From the IMG/VR virus record IMGVR_UViG_2922690425_000004, positions 64,001-128,000 of that record: a DNA stretch of 64,000 nucleotides; one strand, 5' to 3'. The translations under genes were made by a program, and so were the position numbers. This DNA comes from a virus. Lineage: Duplodnaviria; Caudoviricetes. The notes beneath the pieces are model-generated. The model was not told the origin of the DNA. It did not search any database and saw only the letters and a program-made list of their open reading frames with translations. This document shows positions 1 to 10,188 of this stretch, piece after piece (positions within the stretch are counted from its first letter, which is position 1; the number at the start of each line of letters is the position of its first letter).

Positions 1-1
1 A

Positions 2-118
2 TTAACTCTAAAACAATTTAATCAGATTGTACTGGAGCAATACATAGAATATAAACAGCATGGTGGATATAAGTCTTTTGAAGAGTATTACGCCTATGTT
101 CAGTCTAAAGGGTTATAA
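2..118 (+). CDS. 3' end of hypothetical protein (partial)
   Basis: Open frame ...GGYKSFEEYYAYVQSKGL*; TAA 116-118 is the left arm of a palindromic site. Confidence 0.6.
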   Translation, partial: LTLKQFNQIVLEQYIEYKQHGGYKSFEEYYAYVQSKGL

Positions 119-160
119 AACTGATATTTTACTGAAATTTATAGGGTAATTATGTACAAA

Positions 161-215
161 TCCAATATACAAAAATAAATAAACTATTGAATATAATGAA
201 ATGACGTGGTATAAT
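161..215 (+). promoter_or_regulatory. SigA promoter with upstream phage operator-like motif
   Basis: TTGAAT 187-192, 17 bp, TATAAT 210-215 with TG extension; TACAAAAATAAATAAA just upstream. Confidence 0.65.
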
Positions 216-255
216 AAACACATAAGATAAGTTAATACATAGGAGGCGGTTCACA

Positions 256-543
256 ATGGAATGGGATTATGAGCGCTCTGAAAGAATTAAGGCAGCTAAA
301 CAGGAGAGACTTGAACAAGAGAAGTGCGCGAAATATACAGAGGTCAAACTTGAGGGGACAGCAGCTATTCAAACAGGATATACTAAACTCGGTAAAAAAG
401 TTGTATTTGAATCTTGTATGGGGTTTTCGTCTCAAAGCAAGTACGGTGCTGGCACTTTAAGTGTTTATGAAGGAGACGAAAGAAAAATAGTTTTCACAAA
501 AGGATATCCATCTAAAGCTCTTGATTATATGATGAAACATTAA
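256..543 (+). CDS. Hypothetical phage protein
   Basis: AGGAGG RBS, 95 aa. Confidence 0.8.
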   Translation: MEWDYERSERIKAAKQERLEQEKCAKYTEVKLEGTAAIQTGYTKLGKKVVFESCMGFSSQSKYGAGTLSVYEGDERKIVFTKGYPSKALDYMMKH

Positions 544-624
544 AAAACAATCGAGACATAGTATAGTGCAAGTAACAATGTACTGTAACGATTTAAAATA
601 CTCATTTTATAAGGAGATGTAACT

Positions 625-909
625 ATGAATAATATGTTTCAGATTGATAGAATCAATGAATTACAAGGAATCAATACAAAAGAATTAAATATGTTTAGCT
701 TACATGAACTGTATGTTGATGGCGTTCCAATTGCTTATGTTCGTATAAATAATGAAAAGATTGAAGTTTTGCCATTTTTAAAATTTGCTGCTGAACCTTG
801 TAAAGCATTATTCGTAAATACGGAAGAATTTGGTGAAATGATTGAGGGGTATAGGGTTATGGATTGTTTGATGTACAATAGTTCGAATTTTTCAAATAAA
901 ACACATTAG
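625..909 (+). CDS. Hypothetical protein (single-gene cassette between sites 594 and 912)
   Basis: AAGGAG RBS directly after site. Confidence 0.75.
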   Translation: MNNMFQIDRINELQGINTKELNMFSLHELYVDGVPIAYVRINNEKIEVLPFLKFAAEPCKALFVNTEEFGEMIEGYRVMDCLMYNSSNFSNKTH

Positions 910-956
910 GATAAATGAGTGAATTTATAGAGATATAGAAGAGAGGTGGAGTATGA

Positions 957-1142
957 ATGATATTCCAAAAAACAAAATACTACCCAGTAGATGTGCAAAG
1001 AAGGATTATATACAACGATCCAGCAAAGCGAGAAAGAGAATGTAGCGTGGAGCGTGGTTATCGCGAGAAAGGAACTATTGGTATTAAGGGTGAGAGATTA
1101 AACATGTTTGATTGCTACAAACAGTTCGAAATAACTGTATAA
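957..1142 (+). CDS. Hypothetical protein
   Basis: GAGGTGG RBS; stop TAA overlaps site 1140. Confidence 0.7.
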   Translation: MIFQKTKYYPVDVQRRIIYNDPAKRERECSVERGYREKGTIGIKGERLNMFDCYKQFEITV

Positions 1143-1267
1143 AATTCTTGTTTTACTTAGAAACGAACGTATAAATATTCAACATTAAGAGTATATTACT
1201 CGAAATTAATGATAAATACATACGTATTAATGTATATTTATAAATAAATCAAAGGATAGTGTATTAT

Positions 1268-1420
1268 ATGCAGATTGTGCAGATTAATAATTACAGGCAT
1301 GTACCAGAACTAGAACGTATCTCAGGTTCATGGATTATAACCCGTATCGATGGCGGCTATGTTATTGGTGAATTTTATGATCGTTCAGTTGCTAATCGGT
1401 TTATACTGAAACTTGTCTGA
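1268..1420 (+). CDS. Small hypothetical protein (50 aa, not in ORF track)
   Basis: AAAGGA RBS; MQIVQINNYRHVPELER...KLV*. Confidence 0.5.
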   Translation: MQIVQINNYRHVPELERISGSWIITRIDGGYVIGEFYDRSVANRFILKLV

Positions 1421-1478
1421 TTGAAACATCATTACAATACATAGTACGAATCTAAAAGAAAATTAACATCAAATCTTT

Positions 1479-1895
1479 TCATTTGATGTTAAATAGTTGT
1501 TTTATATAATTAACTAGTAATCCAGAGCCTGTGTTTGATGCAAAACTAATTAGGTGGTTAATCAACCATGCTTTTCTTCCTTTTGGTTTTTGGTTGTCCA
1601 TGATCTCTCTTAATATGCTTATTATTTCACTAAATTGGGCACTACTGAGATATTCCTTTTGAGCAATATTACCAATATTCTCAGAAATAAAATCCCAATC
1701 TCTTACTAAGACAGCTATTTTTTTACCTAGGATTATGGAATTTGTCGAAACAAAAGAACTGTCTTCACTTAATTTTAAATCTAAACCTACTTCTCCATAC
1801 ACCGTGCTTCCAATTAGTTCAATGTCATGCGTACCTTCTGCACGGATACCACATTCAGTTCCGCCAAAGGAACATCCAACAATTTTATATTTCAT
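1479..1895 (-). CDS. Hypothetical protein, paralog of 2090..2506
   Basis: Both 138 aa, align without gaps (DIELIG, KIAVL.RDW, GSGLLV.YIKQLF); GGGGG RBS. Confidence 0.8.
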   Translation of the reverse strand: MKYKIVGCSFGGTECGIRAEGTHDIELIGSTVYGEVGLDLKLSEDSSFVSTNSIILGKKIAVLVRDWDFISENIGNIAQKEYLSSAQFSEIISILREIMDNQKPKGRKAWLINHLISFASNTGSGLLVNYIKQLFNIK

Positions 1896-2032
1896 GTTAA
1901 TAGTGCCCCCAATTATATATATCGATTAGTTAAGTAGTATAGGTGGTTGGGAAATTAAAGTGAAAATGAATTTTGTTATTTATATAATTTTATAACATAA
2001 CATATCTTATAGGCTGCTTTTTAAGTTACTAA

Positions 2033-2082
2033 ATATGCTTGCTTTATAACTTCTCGTTCGTGTTGTTATAAAGCAAGCATAT
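2033..2082 (-). terminator. 18-bp perfect inverted repeat between the paralogs
   Basis: ATATGCTTGCTTTATAAC-N14-GTTATAAAGCAAGCATAT just after the stop of 2090..2506. Confidence 0.6.
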
Positions 2083-2089
2083 CTATAGA

Positions 2090-2506
2090 TTAAAATTTGG
2101 AGAAAAGCTGCTTGATATAAACAACAAGCAATCCAGAACCTATACTCGACACAAAATTAATTAACTTATCTATCAATAGCTTTTGCATTTCCTTCGATTT
2201 TTCAGTATCTTTTATTTCAATTAACCTGTTTAGCACTTCACTGTATTGTGCCTCGTTCAGTCCATCTTGCTTTGCATAACTTGCAACATCATCTACTATA
2301 GAATTCCAATCCCTAATTAGAACAGCTATTTTCCTACCTTCAATTGCGGTATCTGTAGAAATAAAGTTACTTTCTTTACTTAGGTTTAAATCTAATGCTA
2401 CATCTCCTACTACTTTAGTTCCTATAAGCTCGATATCGTTGTTGCCATTAGCGATTAACCCCTTTTGCCCACCCATTAAGTAACCACCAATAAATTTATA
2501 CGCCAT
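2090..2506 (-). CDS. Hypothetical protein, paralog of 1479..1895
   Basis: GAGGAG RBS; see paralog. Confidence 0.8.
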   Translation of the reverse strand: MAYKFIGGYLMGGQKGLIANGNNDIELIGTKVVGDVALDLNLSKESNFISTDTAIEGRKIAVLIRDWNSIVDDVASYAKQDGLNEAQYSEVLNRLIEIKDTEKSKEMQKLLIDKLINFVSSIGSGLLVVYIKQLFSKF

Positions 2507-2730
2507 TGGCTCAACTCCTCATTTTGCTATCATAGCAATAGTATAAAAGAGTAATGTATGTATGTAAACATTTAGAGTTGTTATGAGAATAAAACCAGTT
2601 TTTTATAGTAAGGTGTTATTAAAAAAATAAATTGCCAATCAAGGTTCTGTATATAAAATTTTAGACACGTAGACACGTAGATCTAGTATAATGAGGAAAT
2701 GATAGATCATATAACAGGGGGTTGGGGATT

Positions 2731-3318
2731 GTGAGTTTCGTTTCTATTATTGTTTGCAATGATTATTTGTCTGTTGTCGCTGATAGTCGAGCTGTCAATA
2801 CTATTAGTGGAGAAATCGACAATGAATACGAACAGAAGATTTTTGAAATCGGTGAGTATGTATTCATTGTCAATACAGGTTATATAAGCGATGCCGCACA
2901 ATTTTTATTAAACTCTAAACTAGATCAGTCGGTTGTGTTAAATGGATTATTAAAAGACGAGAAGGAGATCAGAAACTGGTTTAATACTATTAAGGATTAT
3001 ACTAAAACTGATTCTTTTTTTGAAGTAAAATTTGGTGGTCTCTCGGTTGAAAATAAATTTCAAGTGTATACAATTAGCAGCAAAGAAGACGATATTATAA
3101 AAATAAATTACACTAATTCTGGAATAGGATATTCATTTGCTAGCAGCCCACACACCCCTAACGATTTGCCTTTAAAGCTATTTGCACAACAATATCAAAA
3201 TTTAAAGGAAGATAATTTGGAATCAGTTCGTAAATTACAAGAATCTATAAACGACTATATTGCAAATAACGATCCCACTGTAAATAAAAATAAATCATAT
3301 TATTCTTTAGTTAAGTAG
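2731..3318 (+). CDS. Putative Ntn-hydrolase (proteasome beta/HslV-like fold) protein
   Basis: GTG start exposing N-terminal Ser; S-x-VVADSRA, KIFEIG..VFIVNTG pattern. Confidence 0.5.
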   Translation: MSFVSIIVCNDYLSVVADSRAVNTISGEIDNEYEQKIFEIGEYVFIVNTGYISDAAQFLLNSKLDQSVVLNGLLKDEKEIRNWFNTIKDYTKTDSFFEVKFGGLSVENKFQVYTISSKEDDIIKINYTNSGIGYSFASSPHTPNDLPLKLFAQQYQNLKEDNLESVRKLQESINDYIANNDPTVNKNKSYYSLVK

Positions 3319-3390
3319 AACATGGAACTCCATTAGTTAATCAACGTATATATGACAAAGATTTTAGATATAATAAAATGTTACTTTTAC

Positions 3391-3416
3391 AAACTAGGTA
3401 TATGCCTAGTTTTTTG
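3391..3416 (+). terminator. Intrinsic terminator
   Basis: AAACTAGG..CCTAGTTT hairpin followed by T run. Confidence 0.65.
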
Positions 3417-3439
3417 TTATACGGCTAAAAAAACTAAAA

Positions 3440-3487
3440 TACAAATATAATTAAATATTGACAATCTAATTGTGTGGTGATAATATT
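3440..3487 (+). promoter_or_regulatory. SigA promoter with operator-like motif
   Basis: TACAAATATAATTAAA 3440-3455 abutting TTGACA 3458-3463. Confidence 0.6.
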
Positions 3488-3535
3488 ATATATATAGAAA
3501 GTGATTAAAATAAATTTTAATAGCGAGGTGAACGC

Positions 3536-3712
3536 ATGACATTGAGAGAAAGAACACTTCAATTAATCAGTGATAAAGGAATTAAAAAATCCTTTATAGC
3601 TGGTAAATTGAGTATCAGTAATTCGTTATTCTCACTATTTATCAATGGGAAACAGCCTCTACAGAAACCTGAAATAATTAAACTGGAAGAGTTAATTGAA
3701 TCGTACAAATGA
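3536..3712 (+). CDS. Small Cro/XRE-like HTH protein (58 aa, not in ORF track)
   Basis: MTLRERTLQLISDKGIKKSFIAGKLSISNSLFSLFINGK; GAGGTG RBS. Confidence 0.7.
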   Translation: MTLRERTLQLISDKGIKKSFIAGKLSISNSLFSLFINGKQPLQKPEIIKLEELIESYK

Positions 3713-3746
3713 TGATGAATAAATACAATTAAAAGGAGAATTAAAC

Positions 3747-4802
3747 ATGGGAGCATTATTGAAATTACACGCAGAAAACTTTGTGGAAGATAGAAATGTT
3801 AGAGATCAATACATAAATAAAACTGAAGTATTACAGAAGGTAAAGTCGCTTTCACTGTTGCCAGATAATCAACATATGACAGTAAAAGCAGTTGCTGAAT
3901 ACTATGAAGTTGAATATCAAACTATTATAAATGTCCTTAATAGACACAAATCAGAGTTTGAAAAAGATGGTGTTAAAACTATAAACAATAAAGATGAGGG
4001 TTATTTCAAAGTGAAAGAAGCCTTGTCTACTGGGCAATTTATAGTTAAACTAGTACCGCGTAAAGCGATTTTAAGAATTGGAATGTTGTTAAGAGATAGT
4101 AAGGTGGCAATTAAGGTTAGAGATTATTTACTAAGAGTTGAAGAAGTGTCAACTGAGGAACAAAAGAGAAGTTTATGGTCTGATCATGATGTAATAAAAT
4201 TAAATGACATAATGAAAGATGAAATGAGTAAGGGAAATAGTAAATGGGGGGCTATCAGGAAAGCCGCTAAGGCATTCAATAAAAATCCTCACGCTGTGTA
4301 CCAGAAATATTTGTACGTAACTAAGAAACACGGATCTATGGACGAATATATAAATAAAAATAATTTGTTGTTTTTGAATAAAGAATCTGAGGAAATTCAC
4401 AATGGAGAAGTTGAAGTAATTGACCAGACACCAAAGCAAGAAGCGCAAAACTCCCCATTAGTAGGAGCCTTTCAAACAAAAATAAACAGAATATTATATA
4501 ATATGAAAAATACCAATGAACTTGAAGCAACAATAAATGAACTTAAATTAGAAGTAAAAGAATTAAAACATAATTTACAAATTAGAGATATAGAAATAGC
4601 TACATTTGATGAAAGTCTTGCTAAAAGAGATAGAATTATAAGCAAACTCAAAAAAGAAAAATTAGCTTTAGAAACTAGTGTAAAAGCAATTCGAAAAATA
4701 GTTTTAAATGGCACAAAAACAAGCAATATTGAAGAAAATAGCAAGCCTGAAGGACTTATCTATACACATGATAAGAGTGGTATAGTGGAGGTAAAAAACT
4801 AA
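3747..4802 (+). CDS. Phage DNA-binding/antirepressor-like protein with Myb/RsfA-like domain and coiled coil
   Basis: N-terminal VAEYYEV...AILRIGMLLRDS.VA..VR.YLL block; WSDHD..L helix; heptad C-terminus. Confidence 0.6.
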   Translation: MGALLKLHAENFVEDRNVRDQYINKTEVLQKVKSLSLLPDNQHMTVKAVAEYYEVEYQTIINVLNRHKSEFEKDGVKTINNKDEGYFKVKEALSTGQFIVKLVPRKAILRIGMLLRDSKVAIKVRDYLLRVEEVSTEEQKRSLWSDHDVIKLNDIMKDEMSKGNSKWGAIRKAAKAFNKNPHAVYQKYLYVTKKHGSMDEYINKNNLLFLNKESEEIHNGEVEVIDQTPKQEAQNSPLVGAFQTKINRILYNMKNTNELEATINELKLEVKELKHNLQIRDIEIATFDESLAKRDRIISKLKKEKLALETSVKAIRKIVLNGTKTSNIEENSKPEGLIYTHDKSGIVEVKN

Positions 4803-4817
4803 TAGATTAGTAACGAT

Positions 4818-4847
4818 TAACTGGGTGTATATTACCCAGTTTTTTTC
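4818..4847 (+). terminator. Intrinsic terminator
   Basis: AACTGGGT..ACCCAGTT + T run. Confidence 0.7.
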
Positions 4848-4992
4848 TTTGTTTAATTCCTAAATATAAAAATAATTAAATATTGTAATCAATAATTATG
4901 TGTGATATAATAAACCTAACAAAAAGAAACGGCGTATTGTAACCAGTAGCACCGTAATGTAAGGGGTAAAACAACGATTTTATAAGAAATGA

Positions 4993-5358
4993 GTGAGTAA
5001 TGTGGGAGCAAATAAGGAGAAGCAAAATATAAGATATAAAGCAGTATCCCGTAGAACTGAAAAGAAAGTTCGATTTGATGGCTTTACACCAGAAGAAATA
5101 AAAAACATAAAGTTGCAGAAGAATTATGAACGCTTTGAAAAAGAAATAAATAATTTCTGGGCAACTGCCCCAAGATGCGATAACGGATCAGTAGCTTGGG
5201 AAAGACTTAGTGAAGATGAATTAAATCTCTTTGAATATATTAATAAGCAAAAAGAAAAGTATAATAAACAAATCGTCAAGTATGAAGAACAGGGCATTGT
5301 CATAGATAAGATTATGAATATGTTTATGAAGCTTAATGTGCAGAGTGTTTCTTATTAA
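4993..5358 (+). CDS. Hypothetical protein
   Basis: Single ORF between sites 4967 and 5360. Confidence 0.75.
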   Translation: MSNVGANKEKQNIRYKAVSRRTEKKVRFDGFTPEEIKNIKLQKNYERFEKEINNFWATAPRCDNGSVAWERLSEDELNLFEYINKQKEKYNKQIVKYEEQGIVIDKIMNMFMKLNVQSVSY

Positions 5359-5405
5359 ATAAAAACAGGAATTTATCACATTTTCAAATGAAAGAAGGTT
5401 ATATT

Positions 5406-5774
5406 TTGAAAGATGAGATTCTGAATCATAGCGAAAAACAGGTTGTTCTTTATTCTAAAGGACATTTTTAAAAAACAGATATGCTTGAGGATATCAGACA
5501 AATTACAGCAAAAGCGTTTTCTATTCCAGTTGAATCAACTCACTTTTATCATCTGTATAATTATATTACATCAATCTTTTTGAAATTACATGAAGCGGAA
5601 TACATAACGGAAAGCATGGAGAACTTTTTGTGCAGTCTCTTTAAGTGGAAATCTGTTTTAAAGCCTGAAGACATGGTAACTAAAATGATTGGACAAATAT
5701 CTATAGTCAAGGCTTCAGGATTAGATCTTGGCGAGGCAGATGATGAGTATTTACCGATAAAAAGAAGAAGTTAA
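5406..5774 (+). pseudogene. Hypothetical protein with probable in-frame stop
   Basis: RBS and TTG at 5406 in frame with ATG 5481 but interrupted by TAA 5469-5471. Confidence 0.45.
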
Positions 5775-5815
5775 GTTTGAAATAAAACAGTTATTTTACA
5801 TGAAAAAATATTATT

Positions 5816-6727
5816 ATGGAGGTTGTATCAATGATGAAAAACATGAAAACTTGTGCACTATGTAAAACAACTAAGGAACTAAGAAAGAGTCATGTATTGC
5901 CAAAGTTTGTGATAAATTTTTTGAAAAAAGATTCATTTACAAACAAATTTAGAAATTTAGAAAACTCCAACATCTCCAGACAAGATGGAGAAAAAGAATA
6001 TCTCCTTTGTAATGACTGCGAACAATTGTTTAGTGTATCTGAGAATTTGTTTGCAAAGAATGTTTTTTATCCGTTTAAGAAGCAAACTTTAGTTAGTAAA
6101 CTCAAATATCAAGAATGGTTAACAAAGTTTATCGTATCAGTTAACTGGAGATGTTTATATTTAGACATTTTGAGAATAGAACAAGATCGAGAAGAACGAG
6201 GGAAAATTAGTACGTCTCAGTTAGATATTTTAAAGGACTCTGAAATGGTTATGAGTGAATTTTTATTGGGAAATAGAGTAGATCTGGGAAGTATTGAAAA
6301 CCATATTTTTTTCTTTGATGAAGTAAAGAGCATGAATGAAAATTTAACACTTCATAGACCTCACAGCTCAGTCCATGGCTCTATAGGTGGTTACACAGTT
6401 TGGAATGAGGATTCAATATGTGTATTTACAAATCTAGCAGGTGTATTTATTATAACAATTTTTAAAAAGGGTAAGAGTGAGAAATGGAAAAATACTTATG
6501 TTAAAAAAAGTTCGGGCGTCATTAGGATTCCTCAATTTATCAAGGGGACATTAATAGCCAATGAACTCACTTTTCTGAATAATAGTTTGAAGTACAATAA
6601 TTTATCAGATAAGCAACGAAATAAAATAGTGGAACACATTTCTTCCAATATCGATAAATTTAAAGCGAGTGGCTCATATAAGCGGTATGTGAAAGATAAG
6701 AATTTAAATACTACAAATGAAATTTAA
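5816..6727 (+). CDS. HNH-like (zinc-binding) endonuclease domain protein
   Basis: CALC..LRKSHVLPKF...LLCNDCE..FS. Confidence 0.6.
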   Translation: MEVVSMMKNMKTCALCKTTKELRKSHVLPKFVINFLKKDSFTNKFRNLENSNISRQDGEKEYLLCNDCEQLFSVSENLFAKNVFYPFKKQTLVSKLKYQEWLTKFIVSVNWRCLYLDILRIEQDREERGKISTSQLDILKDSEMVMSEFLLGNRVDLGSIENHIFFFDEVKSMNENLTLHRPHSSVHGSIGGYTVWNEDSICVFTNLAGVFIITIFKKGKSEKWKNTYVKKSSGVIRIPQFIKGTLIANELTFLNNSLKYNNLSDKQRNKIVEHISSNIDKFKASGSYKRYVKDKNLNTTNEI

Positions 6728-7053
6728 ATAAAAGTTGAATTTTACTAATTAAAAATACATATCAAGGTGGATAAACAATGAATAAACATTCGAATATTAG
6801 GAAGGTTATTCCTATAAGTGTAGCGATTTATGTGATTTTATCCATAGGAATAGCGTGTACAGGTCTGAGTGCAGCTGTTAGATGCTGACTATTTTACTTG
6901 GACTAGCAGCAGTACATAGTGTACTTGTATTGAATTTGTATTTTAGCATCAGAACAACTAAGAGTGAAAAGTTTATTAAATAAGCTGCTATGACAGGGAG
7001 GGAGTAAGCAGGGTGAGATTGCCTGACATAATCATAAAAGGGGATATACATAA

Positions 7054-7884
7054 TTGGAGAATAATATTCAAGCAGTAGAACAGAAATTGGTTGAGTTTAA
7101 TGGAACTGAATTGTTGGGAATTAAGGCGAATGACGGCAAGATTTATGTAGGTGTTCGTTGGGTTTGCGATGGGATTGGGTTATCAGACGGTCAAGTGAAG
7201 GCAGAACGTAAGAAAATTAAAGATGATTTAGTGTTGAATCAAGGGGGACGAAATTTCGTCCTCCCTACAAATGGCGGTAAACAGGACGTGCTGGCACTAG
7301 ATATTGATTTTCTACCGTTGTGGCTTGCTAAAATCACCATTACCCCAAATATGCAAATGAAGCAACCAGAAGTAGCAAGTAAGTTAATTCAGTATCAATT
7401 GAAAGCAAAAGATGTTTTAGCTGAAGCATTTGTACATAATTCGGCGCGGCAATATTTGTCCTTGTCTGAAGAAGACCGTGCAATTGCTTATTTTACAGCT
7501 AAGAAAGAACAGAAACAATTGCAGTTGCAGATTGAAGAGAATAAACCGCTGGTTACATTTGCCGAAACCGTTCTTAAATCAAAGGATAATATTCTGGTGC
7601 GTGAAATGAGCAAACTCATACAGGATGAAGGAATAAATATTGGCGAAAAGAAATTATATCAGAAATTGCGTGATTGGAATCTTGTATTAACTTATAAGAA
7701 CGAGCCAACTCAGTACGCAATGAATCAGCAATTGTTTGTTGTTGAAGAAAAGAGCATAGATACAGCATATGGGGTCAAACTGGTTAAAACAATGAAAATT
7801 ACTCCAAAAGGACAAATCCGCATAGTAGAGAAGATTAAAAAAGAATATAGTAAGAGTGTTGCCGAAGTAATTCAAAATACATAG
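7054..7884 (+). CDS. Phage antirepressor (P22_AR N-terminal + KilAC/ANT domain)
   Basis: VEFNG..L...IYVGVRWVC.GIGL; PLWLAKI; C-terminal ILVREMSK..IGEKKLY..LR, TPKGQ. Confidence 0.88.
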   Translation: MENNIQAVEQKLVEFNGTELLGIKANDGKIYVGVRWVCDGIGLSDGQVKAERKKIKDDLVLNQGGRNFVLPTNGGKQDVLALDIDFLPLWLAKITITPNMQMKQPEVASKLIQYQLKAKDVLAEAFVHNSARQYLSLSEEDRAIAYFTAKKEQKQLQLQIEENKPLVTFAETVLKSKDNILVREMSKLIQDEGINIGEKKLYQKLRDWNLVLTYKNEPTQYAMNQQLFVVEEKSIDTAYGVKLVKTMKITPKGQIRIVEKIKKEYSKSVAEVIQNT

Positions 7885-8018
7885 AACATTTAGTAATAGC
7901 ACATAAATTATAAGTCGATTAAATATTTACTTTTCACAGTTGCAAAACTTATAAACTAATAAGAGAAGTTGATTCGTCACAAGATTCGGTATACACTACA
8001 CGGATAAACAGCTTAGAG

Positions 8019-8312
8019 GTGAACAGCATGACTTTACGTAAGTGTAAGAATGAATTTTGTTCGGGAAACATTGTATCTGATTATATAGAAGCTGAATATT
8101 GTCTTAAATGCTATATGGATATGTTGAAATTTCTTCCCTTGTTTCACATACCAGTTGGAATTATGCCATATAAATCAACGAGACAGATGAGATACAATCC
8201 AAATGCATGTAAGATGAAATTTTGTAAGAATAAAGCGAGGCTAAGAGGTAGATGTTTTAAGTGTTATATCGAGTTTATGAAAAAGCAAGAATCTGAAATG
8301 AAAAGCCAATAA
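8019..8312 (+). CDS. Cys-rich hypothetical protein
   Basis: Two repeated C-x4-C..CxxCY units; stop overlaps site 8310. Confidence 0.65.
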   Translation: MNSMTLRKCKNEFCSGNIVSDYIEAEYCLKCYMDMLKFLPLFHIPVGIMPYKSTRQMRYNPNACKMKFCKNKARLRGRCFKCYIEFMKKQESEMKSQ

Positions 8313-8328
8313 AAGATTAATTTGACAA

Positions 8329-8351
8329 GATCGCTGAGGCGGTCTTTTTTT
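8329..8351 (+). terminator. Intrinsic terminator
   Basis: GATCGC-TGAG-GCGGTC + T7. Confidence 0.6.
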
Positions 8352-8631
8352 GTTAAACAATTAAATATAATGAAATACACAAAATCTATATACAAAAATA
8401 ATTAAATAATATATAATGAAGACATAGAGAGACATGAGGTGATAAGCATTTACAAGGTGACCTTGTTTGAGAAGGTGCTGGGTAAATTAGAGGCGAATAT
8501 GTATTCGTTCGATGATAAAATAGAAATGATTAAATTTACTGCATTGCGCGAAAACGAAGGTGCAATGGTTGTTATGAACATTAGTTTAAAACTAACCGTG
8601 TAACAAAACATAGAAGAAAGAGGATGAAAGA

Positions 8632-8970
8632 GTGAACATAGGAGATAAAGTATATTTAAAAGCTGTTGGAAATATGGCAAGAGGAAGAAAGGAGCCACTG
8701 ATTAAGGAGAGCGAAATTACGAGGATTGGACGTAAGTATTTTGAAGTCCAACTCGGTACCAAGCCAATCAAGTTTAATATCGAAAGTTATAGACAGGAAA
8801 ATGGTGGCTATAGTGCTGATTGGAAACTATATTTTTCCATACAGGAAATCTTAGATGAACAAGAATTTGAAAAGTTAGAAAAGGGCATCAAATCCAAATT
8901 TGATACTTTCGGCAAGTTAGATCTTACGCTTGATCAACTTAGACGAATCAATGAAATTATCAGTGAGTAG
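8632..8970 (+). CDS. Hypothetical phage protein (beta-barrel-like)
   Basis: GAGGA RBS; IGDKVY...ITRIGRKYFEV. Confidence 0.75.
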   Translation: MNIGDKVYLKAVGNMARGRKEPLIKESEITRIGRKYFEVQLGTKPIKFNIESYRQENGGYSADWKLYFSIQEILDEQEFEKLEKGIKSKFDTFGKLDLTLDQLRRINEIISE

Positions 8971-9008
8971 ATAAAACTATATTTTTATAAAGACAGGGGC
9001 AAAAAAAG

Positions 9009-9300
9009 ATGTTCGAATATAACAAGGCAGCTCAATTGTTAGAAGTGTGGAAAAAACATGATTTAGATAATGGATTTTATAAGGGTGTTCCTAACTATCC
9101 TACTAACACTCGATTCGTTAGTGAACTCAATCAAAAGATCGCTCAAGAATCTGAACGAATATTACTTAATGTGCTTGAGGGAAAACAGTCACGTTATCAA
9201 TCCAAAGGAAATACTTGAAAGTGTTATATCTAATTATGTTGCAGGTACAGATTATACTGCAAAAGAAGTAATGCAAATTATGGGTTTTAGAATAAAATGA
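9009..9300 (+). pseudogene. Hypothetical protein, probably one gene split by a frameshift
   Basis: ORF 9009..9218 and the tail of ORF 9070..9300 together fill the interval between sites 8972 and 9293. Confidence 0.45.
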
Positions 9301-9337
9301 TCCTTTTATTAAAAAAATAGAGTAGGAGAATAGGGCT

Positions 9338-9592
9338 ATGAATTTACCTTTCGGAGATTTTAAACGACATGAAAGTAAAGTTAAGATGTTCAAACCTTTA
9401 AAAAAACATCTTAAAAAAATTAAGGCATCTGAAGAAGAAATTAAAAATTGTTTGAAAAATTATTCGTATATTAACCATCATAAAGACGGTTTGTTTTATC
9501 AATATAAACATTCATGGAAAGTGGACTCTTCTAAGATTATAAAAGTGTCAGAAGTTGGGGAATTAATTGAAGGTTCAATTGACTTAAAGTAA
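9338..9592 (+). CDS. Hypothetical protein
   Basis: AGGAG RBS. Confidence 0.7.
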   Translation: MNLPFGDFKRHESKVKMFKPLKKHLKKIKASEEEIKNCLKNYSYINHHKDGLFYQYKHSWKVDSSKIIKVSEVGELIEGSIDLK

Positions 9593-9696
9593 TTGAGTAA
9601 GTGCAAAATGAACTGTATACCCAACTTTAATTGATTTATTGAGATTATAGATTATTTAATTAAATAATCCTTTTACAACTGGAGGGGAAATAAAGA

Positions 9697-9915
9697 ATGA
9701 GAAGAATAATCCAGTCGAAGAATAAAAAAGAGATAGTTGATAATTTGCGACAGGTCTATGAGTGGAAGTCAGCACTGGTTTTAGACGAAATAGCCAAGAA
9801 GTTGAATAGACAAGAGCTTGATGCTTTACAAGTGTTATTTAATGATGTTTGGCGTAAGGGATGGGCTGCTCACGATAAATGGTTAGATAAACAGGAGGAG
9901 ATAGCGAGGGGTTAA
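9697..9915 (+). CDS. Hypothetical protein
   Basis: GGAGGG RBS. Confidence 0.7.
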   Translation: MRRIIQSKNKKEIVDNLRQVYEWKSALVLDEIAKKLNRQELDALQVLFNDVWRKGWAAHDKWLDKQEEIARG

Positions 9916-9954
9916 TCCGGTGAAGTTGTCTTCTGGATAAGGAGGGGGATAAGA

Positions 9955-10173
9955 ATGTCTCAAAGGAAACAATGGTTTGAAAAGTTCATTGGCTGCTGTT
10001 TTGGTATTGATGGTGAGGAATACATATTTCAAGGAACTTTTGAAAATACCGAAACAAGCAACGGGAAGCCATATCAGTATGTCTTTGAAGCAGAGGGCAA
10101 ACCTCAAGTCATCATGACATATAAAGAAGCTCGTACAACTATGGGAGCTATGATTGATAAGTACAGCAAGTAA
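9955..10173 (+). CDS. Hypothetical protein
   Basis: AAGGAGGG RBS. Confidence 0.7.
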   Translation: MSQRKQWFEKFIGCCFGIDGEEYIFQGTFENTETSNGKPYQYVFEAEGKPQVIMTYKEARTTMGAMIDKYSK

Positions 10174-10188
10174 AGGAGTGAGAATGAA

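Noticed and set aside
2663-2680. AGACACGT tandem duplication
   Set aside because: Only two copies in a promoter spacer; no further support.
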